Shown piece by piece: positions 54,092 to 64,000 of a DNA stretch of 64,000 bases. Under the pieces are notes generated by a model that was not told the DNA's origin, searched no databases, and saw only the letters and a list, made by a program, of their open reading frames with translations. Every line of letters begins with the position of its first letter. The stretch's first letter is position 1. A program made the position numbers and the translations under genes. This stretch comes from Oscillospiraceae bacterium (GTDB lineage Bacteria > Bacillota > Clostridia > Oscillospirales > Oscillospiraceae), in NCBI GenBank assembly GCA_902775355.1, contig CACYLY010000007.1, forward strand, positions 48-64,047. The letters are read 5' to 3'.

Positions 54092-55415
54092 ACGGCAGCC
54101 AGATGTGCTGCTCCTCGGCCTTGCGGATCAGCTCCTCCCGGAAATCCGGGTGGGCGATGTCGATGAGCCGGGCGGCACGCTCCCAGGTGCTGCGGCCGGT
54201 GAGCTCCGCCGCGCCGAACTCGGTGACGATGGTGGGCGCCTGGCTGCGGGGCGTGGTGATGATGTCCCCGCCCATCTGGGGCAGGATCCGGGAGTGGAGC
54301 TGGCCCTTTTTGTCCGTGAATGTGGAGGTCAGGCACAGGAAGCCCCGGCCGCCTTTGGACATGGCCGCGCCGGTGACAAAGTCCAGCTGACCGCCGGTGC
54401 CGCTGATCTGGCGGGTGCCGGCGCTCTCGGAGGCCACCTGGCCGTAGAGATCCACGTTCAGGCAGCCGTTGATGGAGATCATCTTCTCGTTCTGGGCGAT
54501 CACCCAGGGATTGTTCACATAGCTCAACGGCGCGCCCATGATGCCCTCGTTCTCGTTGATCCAGTCGAAGAGCTCCTGGGAGCCGATGGCCAGGCCCAGT
54601 ACCCCTTTCCCGGGGTGCAGGGTCTTTTTTGCGTTGGTGAGCTTGCCCGCCTTGAAGAGGGCCAGGTAGCCGTCGGAGCAGAGCTCGGTGTGCATGCCCA
54701 GGTCCTTCAGGTCGGACTCCGCCAGCAGCTCGCCCAGGGCGTTGGGCATGCCGCCGATGCCCAGCTGGATCACCGCCCCGTCGGGGATCAGGGGCAGCAC
54801 ATGGCCGGCGATCTGCCGGTCCAGTTCCGTGGGCTCGGGAGACTTCATCTCCCAGAGCGGCAGAGCCCCCGCCTCCACGATGGCATCCACCCGGCTCAGG
54901 GGGATGGAGGTCCCCGCGGGGTCGCCCTTCACCCGGGGCATGTTCTCGTTGACCTCCACGATGATCTTCTTCGCCGTGTCGGCGATGCCCCGCTCCGCGC
55001 CCAGGGCGCCGGAGAGATTGAAGTTGCCCTTCTCGTCCATGGGGGCCACGGAGAGCATGGCCACGTCCACCGTCAGGAACTGGTGATAGTAACGGTCCAG
55101 ATCCCGGAAGAGCATGGGGGTAAAGAAGGCCCGCCCCTGGTCGCAGAGCTTGCGCTCATAGCCGGAGCAGTGCCAGGTGTTGTAAACGAAGTGCTCCTGG
55201 CTGGGGTCGCACTCCGCCACGGCCACGGGGCCCCGCAGCAGATTGCCGCGGACCTTCACGTGGTGAAGCTCGTCCCGTCTTGCGGCCAGGGCCGCGTCCA
55301 GCGTGGGAGGATAGCCGTTGTTGGAGCCATAGTCTACCCAGTCGCCGTCTTTGACGAGGCGCACAGCCTCTTCGGCGGAGCAGAGCTTGCTGCGATATTC
55401 AGACATGATATCCAT
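54078..55415 (-). CDS. acetyl-CoA hydrolase/transferase family enzyme, butyryl-CoA:acetate CoA-transferase-like
   Basis: The N-terminus ..YRSKLCSAEEAVRLVKDGDWVDYG.. and overall pattern resemble But/4-hydroxybutyrate CoA-transferases. AGGTGA RBS. Confidence 0.75.
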   Translation of the reverse strand: MDIMSEYRSKLCSAEEAVRLVKDGDWVDYGSNNGYPPTLDAALAARRDELHHVKVRGNLLRGPVAVAECDPSQEHFVYNTWHCSGYERKLCDQGRAFFTPMLFRDLDRYYHQFLTVDVAMLSVAPMDEKGNFNLSGALGAERGIADTAKKIIVEVNENMPRVKGDPAGTSIPLSRVDAIVEAGALPLWEMKSPEPTELDRQIAGHVLPLIPDGAVIQLGIGGMPNALGELLAESDLKDLGMHTELCSDGYLALFKAGKLTNAKKTLHPGKGVLGLAIGSQELFDWINENEGIMGAPLSYVNNPWVIAQNEKMISINGCLNVDLYGQVASESAGTRQISGTGGQLDFVTGAAMSKGGRGFLCLTSTFTDKKGQLHSRILPQMGGDIITTPRSQAPTIVTEFGAAELTGRSTWERAARLIDIAHPDFREELIRKAEEQHIWLPSNKR

Positions 55416-55434
55416 GTTTCATCACCTCTGGAAG

Positions 55435-55463
55435 ATTATAGCATAGTCCCCTGTTTCCGGCAA
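55435..55463 (-). promoter_or_regulatory. sigma-A type promoter of the CoA-transferase gene
   Basis: Minus strand TTGCCG (55463-55458), 17-nt spacer, TATAAT (55440-55435). Confidence 0.45.
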
Positions 55464-55479
55464 GGGGGGATACGCCATA

Positions 55480-55507
55480 CAAAAAGGGCTGCCCGAAAGC
55501 AGCCCTT
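55480..55507 (-). terminator. intrinsic terminator of cstA
   Basis: Minus strand AAGGGCTGC-tttcgg-GCAGCCCTT followed by TTTGT. Confidence 0.7.
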
Positions 55508-55547
55508 CTTGTAGAGGAATCTTTAAGTTTTAGGGAAAAGCAGGCGA

Positions 55548-57293
55548 TCAAGCCTTCTTCTCCTTGCCGAGGGTCTTGATGCCGGTGATGACCAGGATCA
55601 CAGCCAGAACGATCAGGCCCAGAGACCAGATCACGGTGTACCAGTCGCCCCAGTTGGCGGTGTAGTCGGGAACCATGCCGGCGATCTTCTTGAAGTTGGC
55701 GATAACGGTCAGGACCAGAGAGGTCAGGGTGGCGCAGAGCATGAAGATCATCGGGAAGAAGAACATCTTGTTGTTCTTGCCGATCTGACCCAGCCAAGCG
55801 GCAACAGCCAGCATGGCAAGGCCGGCCAGCAGCTGGTTGGCAGCGCCGAACACGCCCCAGATGGCCTTCAGGTCGGGGTTCAGGCCCAGGCCGCAGCCGA
55901 TGATGACCAGGATCAGGGTGCCGACGATCGGGGTGGCAAAGAACTTGCGCACGCCGGTCAGATCCTCATAGGTCTTTCCTTCCGGAGTGAAGAGCTCGCC
56001 GAACATGTAACGGGCAAGACGGCAGCCGGAGTCCAGAGAGGTCAGAGCGAAGACGGAGACAGCCAGGGTCAGCAGGTTGTACACAACACCGCTGGTGACC
56101 AGGGAGCCGTCCTTGCCGGTGACGATGCTGAACATGGTGGCAAGACCGGCAGCGAACTTGGCGGCAGGAGCAGCGGGCAGGCCGTCCTTCTTGGCGATGA
56201 CGGCGATGGCCAGCAGGGCCATGATGGCCAGAGCGGACTCAACGATCATGGCGCCGTAGCCGATGACCTTGGCGTCCTTCTCAGAGTTCAGCTGCTTGGA
56301 GGTGGTGCCGGAACCGATCAGGGAGTGGAAGCCGGACACAGCGCCGCAGGCCACGGTGATGAACAGGGTCGGGAACAGGTAGTTGGCGCCGTTCTTCCAC
56401 ACGAAGACAGGCAGCTCAACATTGACCTTGCCGGTGAAGGCGGAGCCGACGATGCTGAACAGAGCCAGGATCATCATGGCGTAGAGCAGGAAGGAGCTCA
56501 GGTAGTCGCGGGGCTGCAGCAGCATCCAGACAGGCAGCATGGAAGCCAGGGTGACATAGATGGCGATGAAGAACACCCAGAACTTGTAGCTCATGTTGAT
56601 GCCCAGGTTCAGGCCGGCGAACACGATGACGATGATGCCGATGATGCCGACGATGGTGGCGGGGCCGATCTTGGCGTTCTTGCGGTACACAAAGAAGCCG
56701 AAGATGAAGGCGATCAGGATGAACAGCAGGGACGTGGTGGCGGTGGAAGCGGTACCGGACACGTTCTCAACACCGGTGGTGATCACGGGAGCGGTACGGG
56801 CCCCGTCAGTGAAGCCGGAGGCGAAGGTGCTGGCCACGACGTTGGTGAAGGAGGCGATGACCAGAATCAGCACCAGCAGGGCGAAGATGGTGAACAGACG
56901 CTGAGCCTTGACGCCCATGGAGTCACGAATAACCTCGCCGATGGAGCCGCCGTTGTGACGGATGGAGGAGAACAGGGCGCCAAAGTCGTGCATGGCACCG
57001 AAGAAAATGCCGCCCAGGACGATCCACAGGAAAACAGGCAGCCAGCCGAAGGGGGAAGCCAGGATCGGTCCGTTGATGGGGCCGGCACCGGCGATGGAGG
57101 AGAAGTGGTGGCCCATCAGCACGGCGGGATTGGCGGGAACGAAGTCCTTGCCGTCGTAGCTGGTGTGAGCCGGGGTTTCGCGGTTGGGGTCAACACCCCA
57201 CTGCTTGGCGAGCCAGCCACCGTAGAAGACATAGCCCAGAGCAAGCAGAACGAGGCCGACAACGAGGATCAGTAATGCGCTCATACTTTTCAC
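55548..57293 (-). CDS. cstA: carbon starvation protein A family transporter
   Basis: VLMGHHFSSIAGAGPINGPI and polytopic 581-aa architecture. Confidence 0.88.
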   Translation of the reverse strand: MKSMSALLILVVGLVLLALGYVFYGGWLAKQWGVDPNRETPAHTSYDGKDFVPANPAVLMGHHFSSIAGAGPINGPILASPFGWLPVFLWIVLGGIFFGAMHDFGALFSSIRHNGGSIGEVIRDSMGVKAQRLFTIFALLVLILVIASFTNVVASTFASGFTDGARTAPVITTGVENVSGTASTATTSLLFILIAFIFGFFVYRKNAKIGPATIVGIIGIIVIVFAGLNLGINMSYKFWVFFIAIYVTLASMLPVWMLLQPRDYLSSFLLYAMMILALFSIVGSAFTGKVNVELPVFVWKNGANYLFPTLFITVACGAVSGFHSLIGSGTTSKQLNSEKDAKVIGYGAMIVESALAIMALLAIAVIAKKDGLPAAPAAKFAAGLATMFSIVTGKDGSLVTSGVVYNLLTLAVSVFALTSLDSGCRLARYMFGELFTPEGKTYEDLTGVRKFFATPIVGTLILVIIGCGLGLNPDLKAIWGVFGAANQLLAGLAMLAVAAWLGQIGKNNKMFFFPMIFMLCATLTSLVLTVIANFKKIAGMVPDYTANWGDWYTVIWSLGLIVLAVILVITGIKTLGKEKKA

Positions 57294-57328
57294 TCCTTAA
57301 ATGAAAAAGTTTTTATGACCATTTGACC

Positions 57329-57850
57329 TCAGCCTTCCTCTTTTCTGACGTCAAACAGTTTACGAAAATATTTTTCCAAGGCGTAGCCCGCCTTGTTGGG
57401 ATAGGTCTTTTTCTCCTGCAGGTCCACGATGGCCGCCAGGAGATTGGAAAAGCCCCAGAACGAATGATGATAGTTCTTGGTGAAGCTGGACTTCTGAACC
57501 AGCCTGCGGGTTTCCTCCTGGGCGGAGTCCGCGATGAGCAGGACCTTGATATCCGTATGCTGATGGTCCTTATGGGGCTTGACCCGGGGCAGCCCGTCCT
57601 CCAGAGCGAAGTCGATGCAGGCCTTGGCCAGTTCCGGACTGAATTGTTCCGCGGAGAAGATGTAGGCAAATTCGCCCGTCTCGCTGGCCCAGATGGGGAT
57701 GCTCTTCATGAGCCAGTAGCGCTCGTCCCGCTTCAGGTAATCTCCGCGAAAGACCAGCGGCAGCGTCGGGTGCTCCTGAGGGACGATATCATAATAGGCG
57801 CTGAAGGAATCCTCCAGGATGGTGAGAAAGCTCTGACGCTCGATCGGCAT
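57329..57850 (-). CDS. hypothetical 173-aa cytoplasmic protein upstream of cstA
   Basis: Coding-like composition with its own promoter (TTGAAT-17-TATAGT, 57921-57893). 35-nt gap to cstA. No motif recognised. Confidence 0.5.
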   Translation of the reverse strand: MPIERQSFLTILEDSFSAYYDIVPQEHPTLPLVFRGDYLKRDERYWLMKSIPIWASETGEFAYIFSAEQFSPELAKACIDFALEDGLPRVKPHKDHQHTDIKVLLIADSAQEETRRLVQKSSFTKNYHHSFWGFSNLLAAIVDLQEKKTYPNKAGYALEKYFRKLFDVRKEEG

Positions 57851-57994
57851 TGGGATACCCCTTCAAAAATGAACAATTTATGACCACGCCCTACTATACC
57901 GCTAAATACATAAAAATTCAATAGTTTTTTTCCTCTTTTTTTACATAACTCGCTAAATGTAGCGGTTTGCGGCCTCGGCAAACGCAATTTTTCG

Positions 57995-58023
57995 TTTACA
58001 GTCCGTTTCTTTTGTTGTATATT
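57995..58023 (+). promoter_or_regulatory. sigma-A type promoter of the methyltransferase-dagK unit
   Basis: TTTACA (57995-58000), 17-nt spacer, TATATT (58018-58023). Confidence 0.45.
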
Positions 58024-58060
58024 GTAGACAACAAGCACAAAACGTCAGAAAGAGGTGCCT

Positions 58061-59173
58061 ATGAGCCTGCATTTTGTTGTCCCCTGCCTGTTTGGGCTGG
58101 AGGGTCTGGCGGCAGAAGAGCTGCGCCGCATGGAGCTGCCGGAGGTGGCCGCCGAGAACGGCCGGGTCTGTTTTTCCGGGGACGAGAACGCCCTGGCCCG
58201 GGCCAATCTCCGCCTGCGCACCGGCGAGCGGGTGCTGCTGGAGCTGGGCCGCTTTGAAGCCCGGAGCTTCGACGCGCTGTTTGAGCAGACCAGGGCCCTG
58301 CCCTGGGAGCGCTGGATCCCCAAAAACGCCGCCTTTCCCGTGACGGGGCACAGCCTGAACTCCAAGCTCTTCTCCGTGCCGGACTGCCAGAAGATCATCA
58401 AAAAGGCCGTGGTGGAGCGGCTGAAAGCCCGCTATCACCTCTCCTGGTTTGAAGAGAGCGCCGAGACCGTGCAGATCCGCTTTTCCATCATGAAGGACCA
58501 GGTCACGCTGTGTCTGGACACCAGCGGCGAGGGCCTGCACAAGCGGGGCTACCGGCCGGCAGCCAACGCCGCTCCCCTGCGGGAGACCCTGGCCGCCGCC
58601 ATGGTGAATCTGGCCCGTTATCGTGGGCGGGACGAGTTTGTGGACCCCTTCTGCGGCAGCGGCACCATCCCCATCGAGGCCGCCCTCATTGCCCGCAATA
58701 TCGCCCCCGGCAAAAACCGGCACTTCGCCGCCATGGACTGGCGAAGCCTGGATCAGCGCGTCTGGGCGCAGGAAAAGGAGCTGGCCGCCGGGTTGGAATA
58801 TCACGGGGACTATCGGATCCTGGGCACGGACCTGGACCCCAAGGCCGTGGCCATAGCCAGGGCTAACGCCGAGCGGGCCGGGGTGGCGGACATTGTTCGC
58901 TTTGAGGTGGCCGACGCCCGGGATTTCGACCGGCAGACCGAGCGGGGCGTGATCGTCACCAACCCGCCCTACGGGGAGCGCATCGGCGAGAAGGCAGAGG
59001 CGGAAGATCTCTACCGGGCCTTCGGCGAGGCCTGGCGGAAGAGCGAAAACTGGGCGCTCTATCTGCTGTCCTCCCACACGGAATTCGAGCGCTGCTTCGG
59101 CCGGGAGGCGGATAAAAAGCGCAAGCTCTACAACGGCATGATCAAGTGCGATCTGTTTATGTATTATAAATGA
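58061..59173 (+). CDS. THUMP-domain class I SAM-dependent RNA methyltransferase (RlmL/YpsC-like)
   Basis: DPFCGSGTIPIEAAL SAM motif and NPPYGERIG catalytic motif. ATG at 58061 has an AGAGG RBS. Confidence 0.8.
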   Translation: MSLHFVVPCLFGLEGLAAEELRRMELPEVAAENGRVCFSGDENALARANLRLRTGERVLLELGRFEARSFDALFEQTRALPWERWIPKNAAFPVTGHSLNSKLFSVPDCQKIIKKAVVERLKARYHLSWFEESAETVQIRFSIMKDQVTLCLDTSGEGLHKRGYRPAANAAPLRETLAAAMVNLARYRGRDEFVDPFCGSGTIPIEAALIARNIAPGKNRHFAAMDWRSLDQRVWAQEKELAAGLEYHGDYRILGTDLDPKAVAIARANAERAGVADIVRFEVADARDFDRQTERGVIVTNPPYGERIGEKAEAEDLYRAFGEAWRKSENWALYLLSSHTEFERCFGREADKKRKLYNGMIKCDLFMYYK

Positions 59174-59187
59174 GAGAGGCGACCGCT

Positions 59188-60105
59188 ATGAAACATCTGT
59201 TCATCGTCAACCCCACCGCCGGCGGCAAGGACAAGACCGAGGAGGTCCGCGCGAAGGTGCAGGCAGCTTTTGCCAAACGGGAGGGAAGCTATGAGATCTA
59301 CGTGACCAAGGCCCCCATGGACGCCGCCCGGAAGATCGAAGAGGAAGCGGCCTCCGGGGAAGCGCTGCGCATCTACGCCTGCGGCGGAGACGGCACCTTC
59401 AACGAGTGTGTCTGCGGCGCGGCGCAAAAGCCCAATGTGGCCCTCTGCCCCTTCCCCACCGGCACCGGCAACGACTTCTGCCGTATGTTCGGCGAGGAGA
59501 AGGAGTCCTTCCGGGATCTGGACGCCCTGCTGGAGGGCACAGTGCGCCCCATCGACCTGATCGACTGCAACGGCCGCTGGAGCGCCAACATCTGCTCCGT
59601 GGGCGTGGACGCCCGCATCGGCACCGACGTGCACAAGTACAGCGGCATCCCCCTCATCGGCGGCGCCACCGGCTATGTGGTCTCGGCGGTGGTGAACATG
59701 TTCAAGGGCATCGCCACCCCGATGACGGTCACCTGCGGCGATTTCACCGAAGGCGGCATGCACACCCTGATCTGCGCCTGCAACGGGCGCTATTACGGCG
59801 GCGGCTTCAACCCCAGTCTGGACGCCATGCCAGACGATGGGATCATGGACGTGTTCATTGCCCAGAAGGTGAATCTGATCCAGTTCGCCGCCTTGATCGG
59901 CAAGTACTCCAAGGGCCGGGCAGACGAGATGGCCCCCATCATCAAGCATATTCGCACTTCCGGGGAACTTGTCATCCGCTGTGAAAAAGAAGACGTGGCC
60001 CAGCTGGACGGCGAAGCCCTGCGGGCGACGGAGTTCCGCATCCGCATGGTCCCCAAGGCCCTGAACCTGATCGTCCCCAAGGGGATGCAGTTCTTCGAGA
60101 AATGA
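59188..60105 (+). CDS. diacylglycerol/lipid kinase family protein (YegS/DagK-like)
   Basis: MKHLFIVNPTAGG, ACGGDGTFNE, PTGTGNDF motifs. Confidence 0.8.
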   Translation: MKHLFIVNPTAGGKDKTEEVRAKVQAAFAKREGSYEIYVTKAPMDAARKIEEEAASGEALRIYACGGDGTFNECVCGAAQKPNVALCPFPTGTGNDFCRMFGEEKESFRDLDALLEGTVRPIDLIDCNGRWSANICSVGVDARIGTDVHKYSGIPLIGGATGYVVSAVVNMFKGIATPMTVTCGDFTEGGMHTLICACNGRYYGGGFNPSLDAMPDDGIMDVFIAQKVNLIQFAALIGKYSKGRADEMAPIIKHIRTSGELVIRCEKEDVAQLDGEALRATEFRIRMVPKALNLIVPKGMQFFEK

Positions 60106-60387
60106 AGACGCGTTGCGAATGAAGAAATGAAGACGCTGCGCGAATGAAGTCGCGTCGCTAATGAAGAAATGAAGAAATTGTGGTGTCGCTGCGCGACGGA
60201 TTGAAAATCCCCCTATTCCCCAGTGTGCGCACTGGGGACTTCCCCCGAAGGGGGAAGCAAGGCCGCCTCATGGCTCCCCCTCGCAGGAAGCAACGCCGTC
60301 TCTTGCCTCCCCCTCTGGGGGAGGTGGCCGAGCCGCCTGCGGCGAGGCCGGAAGGGGTCTTCATTCCTTCATTCCGAATTCCGAATT
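60101..60387. repeat. composite intergenic repeat: AATGAAG heptamer array, GC-rich hairpin cluster, inverted CTTCATT/CCGAATT heptamers
   Basis: Six AATGAAG copies in 60101-60174. Hairpins at 60218-60237, 60239-60257 and 60306-60324. CTTCATT-CCTTCATT-CCGAATT-CCGAATT at 60359-60387. Confidence 0.8.
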
Positions 60388-60428
60388 ATCTTGTCACAAA
60401 AAGTTTATAACTTCTTTTCCGCGGGGGC

Positions 60429-60456
60429 TTGCAAAAATAGAAATTTGTGGTATAGT
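60429..60456 (+). promoter_or_regulatory. sigma-A type promoter of groESL
   Basis: TTGCAA (60429-60434), 16-nt spacer, TGgTATAGT (60448-60456). Confidence 0.6.
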
Positions 60457-60464
60457 ATGCATCG

Positions 60465-60491
60465 TTAGCACTCATAGGTTTTGAGTGCTAA
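60465..60491 (+). promoter_or_regulatory. CIRCE operator (HrcA binding site)
   Basis: Perfect TTAGCACTC-N9-GAGTGCTAA between the promoter and the groES RBS. Confidence 0.92.
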
Positions 60492-60534
60492 CGATGCTGA
60501 TTTTTGTATTATACAAATTGGAGGTATAGAAGCA

Positions 60535-60819
60535 ATGAAACTCAAACCCTTGGCTGACCGTGTGGTCCTGAAGCAGCGTGCCGCCGAAGAGCGCACCGCT
60601 TCCGGTCTTTTCCTGGCCTCTTCCGCCCAGGAGAAGCCCGAGATCTACGATGTGATCGAAGTCGGTCCCGGCGGACTGGTGGACGGCAATCCGGTCGAAA
60701 TGATCGTGAAGGCCGGTCAGCAGGTCCTGGTGGGCAAGTACAGCGGCAGCAAGGTCAAGCTGGAGGACGTGGAGTACACCATCGTGCGCCAGTCCGACAT
60801 CTTGGCCATCATCGAGTAA
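60535..60819 (+). CDS. groES: co-chaperonin GroES
   Basis: MKLKPLADRVVLK..., 94 aa, GGAGG RBS. Confidence 0.92.
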   Translation: MKLKPLADRVVLKQRAAEERTASGLFLASSAQEKPEIYDVIEVGPGGLVDGNPVEMIVKAGQQVLVGKYSGSKVKLEDVEYTIVRQSDILAIIE

Positions 60820-62463
<1,644 letters not shown>

Positions 62464-62560
62464 TCAAGGCGAAAAAGCCTTGATAGATCGGCGCTTTTCG
62501 GCTTAAGGCTGCCCTTACCTACACCAGCTTTACACCAAAAGCGTTCAGTATGAAATGAGA

Positions 62561-62602
62561 TCCCCCAGGGAATGAGCTTTCGCTCGTCCCCTGGGGGATT
62601 TT
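62561..62602. terminator. hairpin terminator between the convergent groEL and hppA genes
   Basis: TCCCCCAGGG...CCCCTGGGGGA followed by TTTTCG. Confidence 0.5.
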
Positions 62603-62672
62603 CGATCAAAGCGTATTGCTCAAGAGCAGCAGCTTCTTCCCTTCTCTCGATCCATAGTCAGCGTTTCCAGCA

Positions 62673-64000
62673 TCAGAGCAACCCTACCAGGTTGAAAGCC
62701 AGGATCAGGCCGGAAAACACGATTGAGACCGTGGAGCAGAGCTTGATCAGAATGTTCAGGCTTGGGCCGGCGGTGTCCTTCAGCGGGTCGCCTACCGTGT
62801 CGCCCACAACAGCTGCCCTGTGCTGCTCGCTGCCCTTGCCTCCGTGGTGCCCCGCTTCGATATACTTTTTGGCGTTATCCCAGGCGCCGCCGGCGTTGGA
62901 CATAAACACCGCCATGGCAAAGCCGGATACGGAGACGCCGCCCAGCATCCCCACCACGCCGACCGGGCCCAGCAGCAGGCCTGTCACGATGGGCACGATC
63001 ACTGCCACCAGAGCGGGAGCGATCATCTCATGCAGTGCCCCCTTGGTGCACAGCGCAACACACTTGGCGTATTCCGGATCCGCCTGATAGTCCATAATTC
63101 CCTGGATCTCCTTGAATTGGCGGCGGACCTCCAGAACAATGGACTGGGCCGCCCGTTCCACGCCGTCCATGGTGAGGGAGGAGAAGAGGAAGGCCAGCAG
63201 CGTACCAATAAACAGCCCCACCAGCATCAGGGGATTGGTAAGGGACAGGTCCAGCACCTCCTCGGTTTTGGCCTGTACTATGTCCACATAGCTCACCAGC
63301 AGCGCCAGCGCGGTAAGAGAGGCGGAGCCGATGGCAAAGCCTTTGCCGGTGGCGGCAGTGGTGTTCCCCAGGGAGTCCAGCGCGTCGGTGCGCTCCCGCA
63401 CTTCTCCGGGCAGCTCCGCCATCTGGGCGATGCCTCCGGCGTTGTCGGCAACAGGGCCATAGGCGTCGGTTGCCAGCGTAATGCCCAGGGTAGAGAGCAT
63501 GCCCACGCCTGCGATGCCGATGCCATAGAGCCCCTGGTCAAAGGATTTTGCCCCGCCGGCCGCAAAAAAGCTCAGCAGCACCGCCGCCGCCACCACCAGG
63601 ATCGACACCATGGTGGAGCGCATGCCCAGGGACAGGCCCCCGATGATGATGGTAGCGCTGCCGGTCTCGCTCTCCTGGGCCAGCTCCCGGGTGGGCCTGT
63701 AGGTATCCGAGGTGTAGTACTCGGTAAAATAGCCGATCACGCAGCCCCCCACCAGGCCGCTGAGGATGGCGATGTACACGCCCCAACTGCCGATCAGGAG
63801 CTTGGTCAGCGGAGCTGCCAGCACCGCCGCCAGGATGGCCGCGGAATAGGTGCCGGTGCGCAGGCTGCGCAGAAGCGCCTCCTGGCTGGCATTTTCCTTG
63901 GTTCGGATCAGAAAGGACCCCAGGATCGAGCACAGTATGCCGCACACCGCAAGCAGCAGCGGCAGCAGCATTCCCCGAAAGCCATAGCCAGCGATTCCGC
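62673..64000 (-). CDS. hppA: membrane-bound H+/Na+-translocating pyrophosphatase, C-terminal ~440 aa (5' end outside window)
   Basis: GDTVGDPLKDTAGPSLNILIKL, DNAGGIAQMA and AGGAWDNAKKYIE motifs. The reading frame stays open upstream of Met 63971 to the window end. Confidence 0.9.
   Translation of the reverse strand, partial: GIAGYGFRGMLLPLLLAVCGILCSILGSFLIRTKENASQEALLRSLRTGTYSAAILAAVLAAPLTKLLIGSWGVYIAILSGLVGGCVIGYFTEYYTSDTYRPTRELAQESETGSATIIIGGLSLGMRSTMVSILVVAAAVLLSFFAAGGAKSFDQGLYGIGIAGVGMLSTLGITLATDAYGPVADNAGGIAQMAELPGEVRERTDALDSLGNTTAATGKGFAIGSASLTALALLVSYVDIVQAKTEEVLDLSLTNPLMLVGLFIGTLLAFLFSSLTMDGVERAAQSIVLEVRRQFKEIQGIMDYQADPEYAKCVALCTKGALHEMIAPALVAVIVPIVTGLLLGPVGVVGMLGGVSVSGFAMAVFMSNAGGAWDNAKKYIEAGHHGGKGSEQHRAAVVGDTVGDPLKDTAGPSLNILIKLCSTVSIVFSGLILAFNLVGLL

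Noticed and set aside
60481-60534. Upstream extension of groES (track ORF start at 60481)
   Set aside because: That start would lie inside the CIRCE operator, and the extension is not GroES-like. ATG 60535 with a GGAGG RBS gives the canonical MKLKPL N-terminus. Likewise, groEL starts at 60838 and not 60820.
63969-63971. Met 63971 as the start of the pyrophosphatase gene
   Set aside because: The frame remains open to the window end (..GIAGYGFRG-M..), and 432 aa is about two thirds of a typical enzyme of about 690 aa. The gene is truncated by the window.

Overview
A 64-kb, high-GC (about 60-70% in most genes by eye) chromosomal segment from a spore-forming Clostridia-type Firmicute. The lineage call is inference. 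It rests on a spoIIAA-spoIIAB-sigF operon, T-box leaders, a CIRCE-controlled groESL operon and a butyryl-CoA:acetate CoA-transferase-like gene, which together suggest Oscillospiraceae/Ruminococcaceae. Most of the window is housekeeping: hslO (partial); a tRNA Val-Phe-Gly-Cys cluster; pcrA; an 8-gene shikimate/tyrosine operon; spoIIA-sigF; T-box-controlled valS; secG; rnj; recR; rpe; rqcH; mrnC; ftsK; uppP; pheST; alr; cstA; groESL; and hppA (partial). Accessory-looking parts are: a class B sortase with a 1168-aa repeat adhesin and a GH25 muramidase; an MBOAT/DHHW O-acyltransferase pair; a GT2/GtrA/phosphodiester-glycosidase envelope cluster; and a low-GC single-gene cassette bounded by 27-bp inverted repeats. 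I saw no rRNA genes, CRISPR array, transposase, integrase or phage genes. The most interesting observations are these. (1) A Tyr/Phe-rich 19-codon leader ORF with terminator/antiterminator logic lies upstream of the aromatic operon. (2) pheS is interrupted by an internal deletion of about 35 codons plus a frameshift. (3) A family of GTAG-headed, GC-rich hairpin repeats and heptamer arrays populates the intergenic regions; one pair brackets the low-GC cassette. (4) The aromatic operon is chained by ATGA stop/start overlaps and ends in a DUF554 membrane protein. The many long ORFs antisense to real genes are high-GC shadow ORFs and were rejected. All coordinates and motifs were read by hand, and no database search or folding computation was possible.
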